Assembly (NCBI GenBank): GCA_000002445.1
Contig: AE017150.2
Span: 1 to 64,000 of the forward strand
Reading direction: 5' to 3'
Length of the DNA: 64,000 nt
Source of the DNA: Trypanosoma brucei
Taxonomy: Eukaryota
Below, in pieces: positions 1 through 11,936 of the stretch. Position numbers and translations under genes: made by a program. Numbering within the stretch: the first letter of the stretch is position 1; every line of letters begins with the position of its first letter. Under the pieces are notes generated by a model. That model saw only the letters and a list, made by a program, of their open reading frames with translations. It was not told the DNA's origin and ran no database searches.

Positions 1-1682
1 GAATTCCCTATCGCTCAAATGTTTTAGTCCTCAGTAACATTCACTTTGCTATTCTATTGGCTCCTGAAACCAATGCCATGATGTACGGATGGCTTTGTGT
101 GTGGGAACTGCAATAAAAATAAGAACAATAATAATAATTCCTTTCACCAATGAGTTTACTATTGGTTGTGAAAGTGCTCTTGGTGTCACTCCATTATTCT
201 TTTTGAGTCCCCAGCTGTTGAGAGCCGCTGTATTTTTTATTTAAAGAGTGATGCACCGTTTTATTCTCCACCCCTTTCAGGTGAATTTCTCCTGCACGGT
301 TGATACTTTCCCATCGTAGAATGTTTCTCAAGGTGTTTCCTTTGTGAAGCTTTGGTTATGCTATAATTAAAGAACACTCAACTCCCTGCTTCAGGGACCT
401 GTTGTTGCATTTATTTCCCTTTAGTTGCTGCAAATTTGTTCACTTGACAAGTTGTAGTGCAATACTTCACTTGACCATATGTGTAACATCGTGTCTCGTT
501 GCTTTATAAAAATTCAAAAAGAACACATCAGGTGATATTCTTCTGTTCTTACTTCGTACATTCACATCTCTTCCCGTCAGTTCGGAAACTCCCACACAAA
601 CTCACCACTCTGTGAAGATTTGTAATTTCTGTTAGTGATGGGCGTACTGAAGTGGGAATGTTTGGCACTTCAAAAACTAAGTTTTTTAAACTTACACCTT
701 CCTTCTTGCATACAGCTTCAGTGCGAGAGTAAAAGAATAGTTGAGTATTATGAGAAAACATAAGCCCAAAACATTCTCAATGCAAGTTTTCAATAAAAGC
801 AAACGCATTAAGATGGTTTATTGAACACATGCAGTATAATCCCTAGCAAAGGTATTATTCACACCCAATAAACAACTCAAACAAATAACACCACCATACA
901 TATCGCAGACATATAAGTTGCACCTGCACAAATAAATAAAGGCTGCTGTAACTCATCATGTGTAAAATATTATGAGCACAAAAACATAAATGTCCTTGAT
1001 CTTCCATGAATGTATAACACAATATTATTTTGCATTATCATCGGAAAAAAAATGTATATTGATATATATATTCAGCTAAAAGTCAAGAGTGAGCTCTGGC
1101 CTTGTAGAACTGTAAATGCGTGCATGTTCTGATATTATTGTTTCCCATTTTAAAATAAAGATACTTGCAGATGTGGAGAAACGTCTCCCTTAATGCTTAT
1201 GATGCACCAAATAATTCTCTCGCAAAGAAAGGAGCGAGCAAATGCTCAGTACACGTGTCCCTATTTGTATCTTTCAATGAAGGTTCTCTTGAGTGGAGTA
1301 AAGAAAAAAACAAATAAAAAGCAAGAAGTATATGATGTAAGAGATAATACATAATGAAATGACCCAACAAGAGGGAAAGGAAGTTACATGCCTTCACTAC
1401 AGTCATACAAATAAAGCCAGACCCTTCACACTCGTTTTACAATGTTCTGTCGTATCGCTCTGTATAAACAAAAAATTACTAATAGGAAATGGAAATGTAA
1501 GAAGAGAGTAAAAAAGTATCAAGTAGCTTGAGGATTATCGACACTCAGCTACGTGGAATGATACGCATCGCAAATTTGTGTTTGAAATGCTCACCATCCT
1601 AATGAACTTACTCGTATGTTACTTAATCCTAGGAAATACTTCTCTGTTCGCTCAAGTTACCTGACAACTTTCCTTCCGCACC

Positions 1683-4172
1683 CTATGCATTGTTACCACC
1701 TCTATTGTTAACTCCGTTGTTATTGTTACCTCTTGCTTTCAATTCAACGTATAGTGCAGTAATGTGGTTACTAAGAGAAACTGAGAATTGACGCACCTCC
1801 TGTTCCCAAAACCTTTTTTCACCTTCATTATCTTGTCCATCTTCTCTGTTGGTCATGCTGCAAGGTTGTGGTTTCGTAATTTTTTCGCTATCAACCCTTT
1901 GAACATATATTATTTCCCATACCATATCATTGGAAAAATTGTCCCAACCTTGGAAGTAACTTCGCAAATACCTTTTCATCTTCAATAACCCTCCGACGCT
2001 GCAGGGATGTTTATCGGAAATTGTGAATTGTAGTCCCACAAAAGTCTTCTGGTTCTCAACAAAAAAGAACGCATCAACAACTGGGAAACTCCTTGATTGC
2101 GGCTTGTACAATTTCATGTATTGAATTTCAGCTCCAGCTACAATTGGAACATCCTCAGGAACCTCAATCGAAGGACCAATGAGTCTTGGTTCTTGCAGCA
2201 CCTGCAGCACACTTTGTGGAATTTGATTCCTAGCAAATGAGAGGCCCTGCAACTCCCTTGCCAACTCAATTAGCGTATCCTCATGCGACAGTGCTTCAAT
2301 GCCACTCTTCTCAAACAGGTGGGCAGTGAGAGCGCGGTTAGACAGCAAAGCAGACATTGCAGCATATTTATTCAGTAACCAAGGTCTCAGAAAGTCTAAA
2401 ATAGCTTGTCCCGTGTAAGATGAAAGCGGTCTGCAGCGATACGTATCACTCAGAAGCTCCTCCTCCTTCACTCGAACAACCCTCACCAACTTGTGTGATG
2501 CTTTGTCTGTTTGCCACATAGCTGCGTTTTGGAAAATTTCTGCGTAATCATTCATATATGTATCATTCAATTTGTTAATGTATCCCCGAATTAGTGTCCA
2601 CTGACTGTCATACGAAACCAAATTACCTATATGACGAAGCAGTGGACCAACGAAAAGAATTCGACCTTGAATTTCTTGCCATTCTCTTTCAATTTTCTCT
2701 TTCGCAACTGGAGGACTCCAACCGTAAGCAGGAGCAATTTTCCCCCACCTCGATATGTGTATGGCTTCCAAATCCTTCAATGTATCACAGTTTATGTAAA
2801 TATGTGAGGCGGTGTTTTGCTTGGACCATTCATGGAATTGTCTAACGTTTGGAGAACTCAAAGCAATACCGGCACAACCAACAGGTGGTTTCACTGGAGC
2901 ATGATGGTCCTTGTCCACGTCGAATATGAGGTATCCCTTGATATCCTCACCGCTACTCGAATCTCTGACTATTTGCTCAACAACTGTAAATGCATTCTCA
3001 TAATTACTGTAAAACGTAACATATCCTGCTCGACCACCTATGGGTTTGTGAAACACGTACGCCTTACCCCTCACAACGTATATGATAATCTGAAGTTGAC
3101 TCGCTTCATAATGCAGTAGTTTGTATAACAGTAGGGATCCCACGGAAAAGGATTTACCAATACCAGGCGTACCAATAACAACATGAAACATCGGATTGAT
3201 AGCCACTTCACCCATAAGCCACTGGTTAAGCCGTTCCTTAACCTTATGCCACACCCTCAGTGTTTCCCTGCGGATATAAACATCACTATTAAAAACGTAC
3301 CCCACTCCCTTCTTGTGATTAATATCATAATCATTTGGGTTCTTTTCGAAAGACGTGTATGGCCAACCCACTTGAGATGTGAGTACCGCAATCTCCAAGT
3401 TACCGTGACGAGGAAGTGGTTCGTTCATAGTTTTCGGAACGTGACTTACATCAACTTCCTCCTTCGTCCACATGCGCGGCGGTCTTCCATCGAACACTTT
3501 CAATCCAAGTGGCTCTTCATCATAGCCCGACATCACATAGCTCCATTTCGCATTGCAAATGGAATCATACAATCCTCTCAGTTCGCTACCATCAGCTGCT
3601 AGGACAGCTCGCTTTTCCGCTCTCTTGGCGGCTATCACTGCAGCATCCAACCTTCCCCTCGCCACGGGACCAACAAATTCCCTTATTTCCACTGTCCCCT
3701 TCTCCTCCCACTGACTGAGGGTGCTAATTTCCTTTTCGTCAAGATACCTTGCTTTCCGCTTCATTTCAGAGAATTGGTTATATAATTCTTTATATTCCTC
3801 AAACTCATCAAGCCGCTGTATCCTTTCTAGAATCCTGGCATCCAAAATATAATCCCGTGGGCTTTGAACAAACACATCCATGGCCACATTCTCTGTGTTA
3901 TACGTGTTTAAAAACTTTTTCAGCAAAAAGTCATGCAGCGTCATATTACGCAAACCCGCATAATCTTCCAGCAGCACATTCCTCACCTTACTATCCATTG
4001 TCCAGTTGGGCCTCTCTTCAGTTCTCTGCCGTATTTGTGGAGGCTGAGCAGCAGCAGGCGGTGGCGGTACATTTTCATCCCGCGGTCTCCTCACGGCTGC
4101 TCCAAAATTATCTGCCACTTGTTGGTTTGCATTATTTCCTTGTGGAGCTGCGGGACTATTTGCCCTTGACAT
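1683..4172 (-). CDS. RHS: Retrotransposon hot spot (RHS) protein, 829 aa, intact
   Basis: Long minus-strand ORF; ATG confirmed at 4170-4172. P-loop IGTPGIGKS, LEIAVLTSQVGWPY, VYIRRETLRVW, WEIIYVQ; N-terminus MSRANSPAAPQGNN...PPPPAAAQPP. 5'-flank ~90% identical to 55836..58340 and protein ~90% identical to its product. Confidence 0.9.
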   Translation of the reverse strand: MSRANSPAAPQGNNANQQVADNFGAAVRRPRDENVPPPPAAAQPPQIRQRTEERPNWTMDSKVRNVLLEDYAGLRNMTLHDFLLKKFLNTYNTENVAMDVFVQSPRDYILDARILERIQRLDEFEEYKELYNQFSEMKRKARYLDEKEISTLSQWEEKGTVEIREFVGPVARGRLDAAVIAAKRAEKRAVLAADGSELRGLYDSICNAKWSYVMSGYDEEPLGLKVFDGRPPRMWTKEEVDVSHVPKTMNEPLPRHGNLEIAVLTSQVGWPYTSFEKNPNDYDINHKKGVGYVFNSDVYIRRETLRVWHKVKERLNQWLMGEVAINPMFHVVIGTPGIGKSFSVGSLLLYKLLHYEASQLQIIIYVVRGKAYVFHKPIGGRAGYVTFYSNYENAFTVVEQIVRDSSSGEDIKGYLIFDVDKDHHAPVKPPVGCAGIALSSPNVRQFHEWSKQNTASHIYINCDTLKDLEAIHISRWGKIAPAYGWSPPVAKEKIEREWQEIQGRILFVGPLLRHIGNLVSYDSQWTLIRGYINKLNDTYMNDYAEIFQNAAMWQTDKASHKLVRVVRVKEEELLSDTYRCRPLSSYTGQAILDFLRPWLLNKYAAMSALLSNRALTAHLFEKSGIEALSHEDTLIELARELQGLSFARNQIPQSVLQVLQEPRLIGPSIEVPEDVPIVAGAEIQYMKLYKPQSRSFPVVDAFFFVENQKTFVGLQFTISDKHPCSVGGLLKMKRYLRSYFQGWDNFSNDMVWEIIYVQRVDSEKITKPQPCSMTNREDGQDNEGEKRFWEQEVRQFSVSLSNHITALYVELKARGNNNNGVNNRGGNNA

Positions 4173-7165
4173 AACTCTCTTAATATTATTAACTTAACTT
4201 CCTTTCCTTTCCTTTTTTCTCTGAAATTATAAATAACTGAAGTAAAATAATAGATAAGAAAACAATAGCGGGTGAACAGTGTAACACAATATCAAATGTA
4301 ATAGAGGAGGATAATGTTTACTCACTATAGTTTGTATAATATGATATCATAGTGCATTTGGTATTGAGAGGAACAATTTCAAAATATAGCAGCTGTATAA
4401 ATATTTCCCTTGCTTCATTATTATGTGCTAAATATAATGAACTTCATACATCATTTCTTTTTAAACCATGAATAATATGGAAACAAAAAATATTACTGCC
4501 TCATACACCTGCATCAACACTACGTATATATAATCAATATTTAAAGAGAGTCAAATTCTATCAATTAAAATCAAGTAAAACAATAAACAAAAAAATATAT
4601 GGATATTAATGAAGCGAAGAAAAAGAGTATCGGCACAACATATAGATATACACACACATGAATACGCACTACACAATTGCTTCTTTGTATATCCTCCCCA
4701 TTTTTACAATACGTAACATTCAGTTTCACTGATAAACTCATTGAAGTTGAAATCACTTATCCCCTCCGCCGTGTATTCACTTACTTCTAAAGGAGAATAT
4801 TAAATAATGTCTGTAGGACAGGTAAAAAAAAACTGATAGTCTTTTTGCATCAGATAACCAGAAGGTATTTCTGTTTACTTTCATAATAAACAAAAACATC
4901 ATTTTGCCCTCAGTAGAAATAAAATTGAATTACTTGCCTCCTCATTGCTCACAACTATCAACAACTAATTCAGCCCCACACATTCACATGAATCTTATGT
5001 GCCATCGTTGTTTGATGAATTCACACACCTTTTATAATGGTGATTGTAAAACATATTGTAAAAAATTGGAATAAAATTAACACAATTAATTGAGGAAACC
5101 GTAAAAGATTATCATAACATATCTTTTATTTTCCCTCCTTTCATTTACGCAAATTAAATATGTAATGATACAATTCCCTTTCAGTACGTGTCCACACCTA
5201 TTGTATCATCATTGTAAGTTTCCTATTGCTCACATACACGAAGCTATTGGAATAACAAAAACATAAAACAACACATTGAAACAACTTAAAAATATATAAC
5301 AAATAAAGGTAATAAAGAGAATAAGCGTGAACTGACAGATAATAAAATGAAACACGTTTCGCACTTTCCTTATAAATATTCAATAGTTGGTGGATTACAA
5401 ATAAAAACAATTACACATTATAGAAAGGAAGGGATATAATTACATTATACACCTGCATGTGGATATGTAACAGTGAGTCATAGTAGAAATAAATTGACTA
5501 AACACAATAGTTATGGAAGATAACATAATTCAAAATATCAAAAATATTATTCTATCAACATTCCCTTCCTTCTCCATTAAGTTTCCAATGGTTTCAAATA
5601 ATAATTCACATAATTCCATACATATGTTATGACGGGCATTGCATGCAGTACAATTGAAAGAAAGTGCAACTCATATAACATTTTCAAAAAAAAAAGGTAT
5701 TGAATGGTTGTTTGCTACCATCAATTACATTTCCAATGCCTGATTACACTTTTATATGCATGAAGGAAGTTACTGATCATAACTTTAACATGCTCGAGAA
5801 TCCATAACACAAAGCGACCGCTGCATGCAATTAAAAAAATATAAATATAAATAACATCCGAATTCATTTACTGACAGATGAGTGCAAGTCATTCATCCAA
5901 ACTTCATAGCTGCAAACATAAACTCGTTGTTGCCAATAGGAAATAATAGCGCATAAATATTGAGTATCTGAAAATGATAGCAACGGGTTTCCATCTTTGA
6001 AATATATACATAAACTACATGAGGTATATGAAGCCATATTGGTAAAGTGTCACTACGCATGTTGCAATTTACTATCAAAAGTGTCTGCCTTATTTTATTT
6101 CTTGTGTTACTGTAACTCATGAGTATTATTCATTATTCTTTACAATACAACTGTAAGTCATTTTGCATTTTTTTACATATTTCCTTATTCCCTCATACTG
6201 GAAGTATTCCACATATAATATTCCTCAATATCGTTCACAAAATAAAAATAATTTCATTTACTTCTGCATTCAGTTTCTCGTGTAGCAGTGTGCACTAATC
6301 ATCCATAAAGTTTTTAATTTGCCAAATACATCATTACGAAACTATTTTCCACAAATAAACAAACAAACAAATCATTGGGACAATATCTTTGAGATATTTC
6401 CTTCACCATATTCGCAGTTCAGTAGTGATTAAAAGAAACTTTCTGTATAATTCAACACATGGTGGAATTGCAAAGAAATGTGATGGTACTTATAATCAAT
6501 AAGTTCCCAATTTTCCTCACATGGTCTCCTTTTTATGCCTTTACATCCTTATATAATTCACAGAGAATTACTTCAATTTCTTTCATATGCTTTCAGGATT
6601 CCATATGTCACAACACAAATAATATATATATATATATATATTTACACATATATATAATTTGGACATAATATTGCTTAACATATAAATTATCACAAACCTA
6701 TGATATTACACTCTTCCTAAGAATAATAGAATCAAATTATTTCTATTTTGCATCATTACATGAAGCTTTGGAAAATGGAAAAAAAAAGAATCAAACAAAA
6801 GGTAATGTAAAGAACACAGTTTCATAATACAGATTATAACTTGTTTGTGAGTGTCAGATGCAAACACAAAATGTTCAAACAGGGAAACAGTAAAGGATGT
6901 TACTGGTGATGTAAGCACAAATTAACCAAAAATAGAAACATAAATAAAATTTAAAACTTGTAAAAACACAAATATATATGATACAAATATTTACCACATA
7001 TTATAATTCGCCACCCTCACACTTGAATTATAAAGAGTACATAACACACATATGTGGTAAAACTAATACAACTCGAATATACATATGTGACATCTTCTTA
7101 ACATAATCATTCCAATATTTACTCAGTATGTATGTCTGTGTGTGTGTAGAAATGATGAAATGTAA
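4173..7165. repeat. AT-rich RHS 5'-flank repeat unit, copy 1 (family A; other copies at 32760-35000, 38255-41135, 49300-50800, 58341-60540, 63769-64000)
   Basis: Long shared blocks, e.g. aactctcttaatattattaacttaacttcctttcc immediately 5' of each RHS ATG, agtcaaattctatcaattaaaatcaagtaaaac, and catgctcgagaatccataacacaaagcgac. Contains a (TA)n tract at 6622-6641. Confidence 0.85.
6622..6641. repeat. (TA)n microsatellite
   Basis: aatatatatatatatatatatattt. Confidence 0.9.
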
Positions 7166-10100
7166 TCGGCAGTCCCTTGACTCGGAATGCGGTATTAACA
7201 TGTCTCAGATTTTAAGCATTCTTGTTCTACAAGGGAAGTCATTCGCCTATTTTTTCCTTTTTGCGGAAACAAAAAATAAAAAGAAGAATTCAGGGGTTGT
7301 AGCGGATAACTAGCTTTTTGAATCGTAGCAATATATTATGAAGCATGTACCACAGTCTACTCAGTATTTTTTTTATTATTATTTTTTTTGACTTCCTCTG
7401 ATTTCATTATCTTTCGTCCATGTTTATAAATGATACTTTTGAAAGTTATAACAAGAAACTAACTCGTATTTTTAGTCACTAGCTTCACAGTTCTAAATTT
7501 CGCAATTGTACCATGGCAAAATATCATTCTTGCTTCTTATTTTATTGAAGAGTTACTCTCGTAGAAGAAAGCAGGATGAAAATACTCAAGACTTCACCAA
7601 CAGGGGCCAGACATCCTTCAAAAAAGAACGAACAAAGAAGTTAACCACGCAACCCTTCTTACAAATGAGAGTGCCAATATATATACAAAACAACACGACT
7701 CTTCAACTGCACGCAACACAGGAAACGGTATCAGCGCCTCCAATCCCACAGTTAAAGCCACTTGACGAGACACTTGGAATACGAGACCCTTGCAAAGCAA
7801 TGTATTGGTTATTGAAAGAAAAAGAAAACGTATTCCTTCAGGTGCTGTTTCAACAAACTGCTAGCCTAGAACTAAGAGTATCAACACACATGCATGTGAT
7901 ATCCACGCGTCGAATATTTGCTGTCCAGCTGACTCCAAACTCACAAAGAGGAAACCAGACGTAACCACTTACAGATCAGCCGCTAGTGTCCTTTAAGTGC
8001 ATACAAATACACAACAGCAATCATTGTCACACTACTAATTTTAGGCATCATTTAATGCACATTTAACAAACATGATGCCCGACTCCAAATGTGAAAGGCA
8101 CTTGTCACGCCCGCCTCCCTCCAATTCTACAGGATGGTGGAAACGGAGCGGCAAAGAAGCGGCGCGGCGCTGTTAAAATAGAGCAGCTGCGCATCAGTTG
8201 CATTGAGTTTGTGGAATGCGGAGAAACCACCAGTTGAGCTTCGAGAGTGAGGGATGCCTCCCATAGAGTCGTGGCGGCAGAATATGATGAAGACGTCACG
8301 AATCTTTTTTCTTTTTGCTGCACCCTCCCGAAATGCGTTGAAACGCCAAGCGCTACCGTCACCCCCAGAGCAAAAACGTTGGGGAGAAAAAGCGAAACAA
8401 TGCGTGGGTTGTGGCGCTGAAACCGCAATTACCAACTGGCAAGGTGGATGGACCGCGACATGTGAGCGTGAAAGGGGAGGCATCGCGATATGTTTGTGGA
8501 ATGTGGGGAAATGTAAGAAAAGAGACCACTAAATATGATAACGATGTCAGAGCAACGAATATGAATGGCGTACAATTCCGTTTAGAAACACTGTCTGGAA
8601 ACTCTGTCCGTAAAACAACAACCGGCAGCGCCGACGAATTAAGGACAGAGGGCTGCGGGATGCCAGCCAAAAAAAAAAAAACCAACAACAGGCCACAGCG
8701 ACCCCAAATCAGAAAGTCTACATAAAAGTAACCAAATACACGCAGCTCAAACGCTCAAATGCCGGATACGCAGCAGGTGACACGGCGGAAGGAATATTAT
8801 CCGGCGCTTGGAAGCATGTCACCACCGCAACGACTCCTCAGAAACTGGACAGCTTCAAGTTTGGAGTGGCGGTTTGCATATGAACGCGGTGAGTGTCAGA
8901 AAAGGGGTGAAAGGCACAGCGGGAGGAACGGCAAAGTAAAAAAGGCAGGGAGGCGGTGCCAAGACTCCCGAGCAGCTATCCGCTAAAACCTACGGCATAT
9001 GACATGTTTGGTATGGCGGCACAGCGCAGTAGGAACTGTTGCAACGGATCAGACATGACTGTTATAGCCCCGTCACTGCCTTCGGAGACTTTTTCAAACG
9101 AAAGGAAAGAGAGTGATGCTGACGTGTGCAGAAGTCTGAAGGCATTATATCAGCGAGGTCTGTGGTGACTAAAAGCCTGAGTTGGATGCATGGTTGGAAG
9201 GGTGGTGGATCTTGCGAATAGTTGAAAGTAGGGTGCCTGTACTTTATTTCTCATATACTCGTGTGCTCCGTATACAAAATATAAGTGAGAAATGGAGCCA
9301 ACAAACGCGCCAGCAAAGTGGATGTGTTCCTTTGCAATGTCCAGACAATTCGTACTAAGACTCTTAAAGCTACTGGACCGAAGGAACCTCACGACCATGT
9401 GCAGCCGGCAAACGCACGAAAATGGAGAGCTGGCCGGCATTTCACCCTCCACTCAGCAGTTGCTCTCAACTGGAATATCGGGATTATGGATGGTGCAGAA
9501 AGCTCACCATTTTGTGGATTCTTCTGAATAGCAATGGAATCTGAAGGTTAACCCAAAGAGTTAAAACATTGAACAGGCCTGGTGACCCACATGGTCTTTT
9601 TTTGTGTGAAAAATGCCGGGCTGCGTTACTGCATCCCTTCGCGTGCATGCAAACTGAGCACAACCCAATGTCTCCTTTATTATTTGAAGCATGAAAGCTC
9701 ATGGATCATAGCCATGTGACATAACGCCTTGATTACGTTAGACTGATAGGACCGCTGTGTATTTTTGTCGTTTATGTTGGGATGTGCATTTGATAGTAGC
9801 ATCTGCTAGTGTACAATCATTCTAGTGAATTTGGCACATTACAGTGATTTCTTTTGAGAGTTTCTCTTCCCCCTCACTCTGAGTAAATGTGGGGTAACTG
9901 GTTTCTTTTCTGACGTTAACATGGTTTGCCAGCTCTGTTTGGAAATGTTACGGTATCATCACGCACAGTTTCGAAAATTGTCTGTAAAGCTGCTTTGAAT
10001 CCATGTTGCGGTTGTCACGAATCAGAAAAATGATAACGGAGACGGGTCTGCAAAAAGGCATTGTGAGTAAGCGACAATACTGCGTATCAAATAATGTCAC

Positions 10101-11830
10101 ATCACGATGATTACAGTGCTGCTTCACAACTTCAGCATAGGGGAATGGCGGAATCGTTTCAAATGCGGAACAAATAATGAGAGTCCAAATCTCCCTCTTA
10201 AATTCCCGTGTCCGCATAAACTGTATGCAGGTGAAACATTTCTTTCAAGGAAACTGTATTTACGAGACTTAATCCAAGGAGAGATTAGGAATGCAGATAC
10301 TTCATGCCTTCAATGAACAGTCGTACATCAGACCTGTCAACTCCATTAAGTGACTGAGGAGTTAACCTATTGTAAGGTGTATGGACATGGAGACATGGTT
10401 GGAGCAACCAACAGCCAGTATTCAGTACAGTTGGCTTATGTGAAACCAAAACATATGCATCCGTGTATGTTCAACCTGACAGCTTCGCGTACCCTTTTGT
10501 TAAGCTGTACGACACTCTTCCAGGTGTATACAACAAAATACAGTTATATGCATGACCTTGAGAATGAGGATGGTAGTCTACAGGAAGCATGCGAAACAGG
10601 GAAAATATATATTGAGCTGATCTGAATCCATTTGATGCAGAATGTAAGAGCGTTAACCCGGCTGATATTTTCGTATTAACCGACATACTAAAGAATGATT
10701 TAAGAAGCAGGAAAAAGTTGATCCAAACTGCATTTAGCCTGGAGTTATTTCCAATGCTCCTAGATAATATTGTGTATGATCCGTATGGGGGTTCATTACT
10801 TTTTGAGGGAGTATGAAGAAGGATGAGGAGCAGAAACTGTTCGGAAGATGACAATATTTACGATTCTTATTATTAGGTTGACATCCTTTTTGTGATGCCT
10901 TAACGGTTTAGTATGTATGAGTGCTTTACACTCGTTTTATTTGAACACAAACTGATGCATGAACAAATGCCCATTGCCAAGCTTCTTATAGAGATATTTC
11001 AATACCTGAAAAAGGGACCGGGACGCAAAGTTTGGGAATGGAATTTCCCCGCCCGTAACGCTGATTACATAAGACGATCAATCAACACATTTCCGCCTGT
11101 CCACAGTTAATCGGAAACCGTAGTGCCCATATGTCTCCCTAATTACTGTTGTCCCTTCAGTTTTCACAGTAGATGTTTCAATTGGTTTCTACGGCCGAGC
11201 TAAATAAAGCGTGTGTGTCATATCGTGGAGGTGTTTCCATGTGTCTTCGCTTTCCGTTTTGTCACTGCGTTTGGGCTCACGCAGTGACATTAATTGAAAA
11301 TTCAGGCCACTACCATAGATGGGTGGCTCGCGGAGAGAGTGAGGATTGGGATTATTCTAACGGCTTTGTGGTTGTGTGTCCCGTGCCTTTGGAAAATATT
11401 GCAGCCAATGAAAGGGAAGGCAAGTGTCACCTTGCTTTCCATGCTGCGACATCAATGCATCACGATTTTATGCTAGTTGCCCTGCGAGGGAAGGCCGTGA
11501 AGGCGAAGGTTAGCTTCCGGTTTAAGGAAATGTAGAGACTTCCTGATACTACTGTCAGAAACTACTGTTGCTGCGTGCTCCAGGCACTGGGTCAGTAATT
11601 CATAAATACAACAACGAGAATAAAATTAATCCCTTGTGGCTGCTAAGCGTGTAAGCAACTGAGAATAATAAACAGTATATTTTTGCCACACCTTATTGAT
11701 TTCTATATATATATACAAAACAACCTCATTACAATTATCATTTCTTTTGTGCCCAAAGGCTGCTGAATGAAGGTTAGGATTACTGACCATAACACATTTT
11801 GGCATGCACCTCAATTACTTCCTTATAACA

Positions 11831-11846
11831 CTTCCCCCCCCCCCCT
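11831..11846 (+). promoter_or_regulatory. Polypyrimidine (C12) tract, candidate trans-splicing signal upstream of the LRRP ATG
   Basis: cttcccccccccccctcg lies ~90 nt upstream of ATG 11937, with AG dinucleotides downstream (e.g. cttAGctc ~11868). Trypanosomatid trans-splicing uses a polyY tract plus a downstream AG. Confidence 0.45.
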
Positions 11847-11936
11847 CGTTTGATTCATCGCTTAGCTCTATTATTAAAAAAGAAAAAGCATTTCCTCAAC
11901 ACTCAGCACCTCAAGGAATCGGAAACGGGAACTACA

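Noticed and set aside
549-761. 70-aa minus-strand ORF conserved almost perfectly at 54695..54925 (similarly 1197..1406 versus 55350..55559)
   Set aside because: Conservation is fully explained by the segmental duplication of the whole 1-7150 block. It has no family motifs, lies in the AT-rich RHS 3' flank, and there is no independent sign of coding.
3183-3602. Plus-strand ORFs of 100-208 aa inside RHS genes (e.g. 3183..3602, 36623..37249, 62224..62850, 57468..57938, 25446..25841)
   Set aside because: These are antisense shadow ORFs of the long minus-strand RHS reading frames. They are duplicated only because the genes are duplicated.
5198-5410. Recurring 60-75-aa ORFs in the 5'-flank repeats (5198..5410, 39171..39389, 59404..59586; 5893..6120, 34484..34669, 39870..40097; 6459..6668, 40432..40617, 50163..50351)
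   Set aside because: They lie in AT-rich repeat sequence. Recurrence follows from repeat copy number, and frames are not preserved across copies (indels shift them).
8100-9200. Possibility that the GC-rich stretch is an rRNA/rDNA-like or structural RNA gene
   Set aside because: No recognisable conserved rRNA, SL RNA or tRNA sequence blocks or T-loop motifs were found by eye. It is retained only as an unexplained island in the findings.
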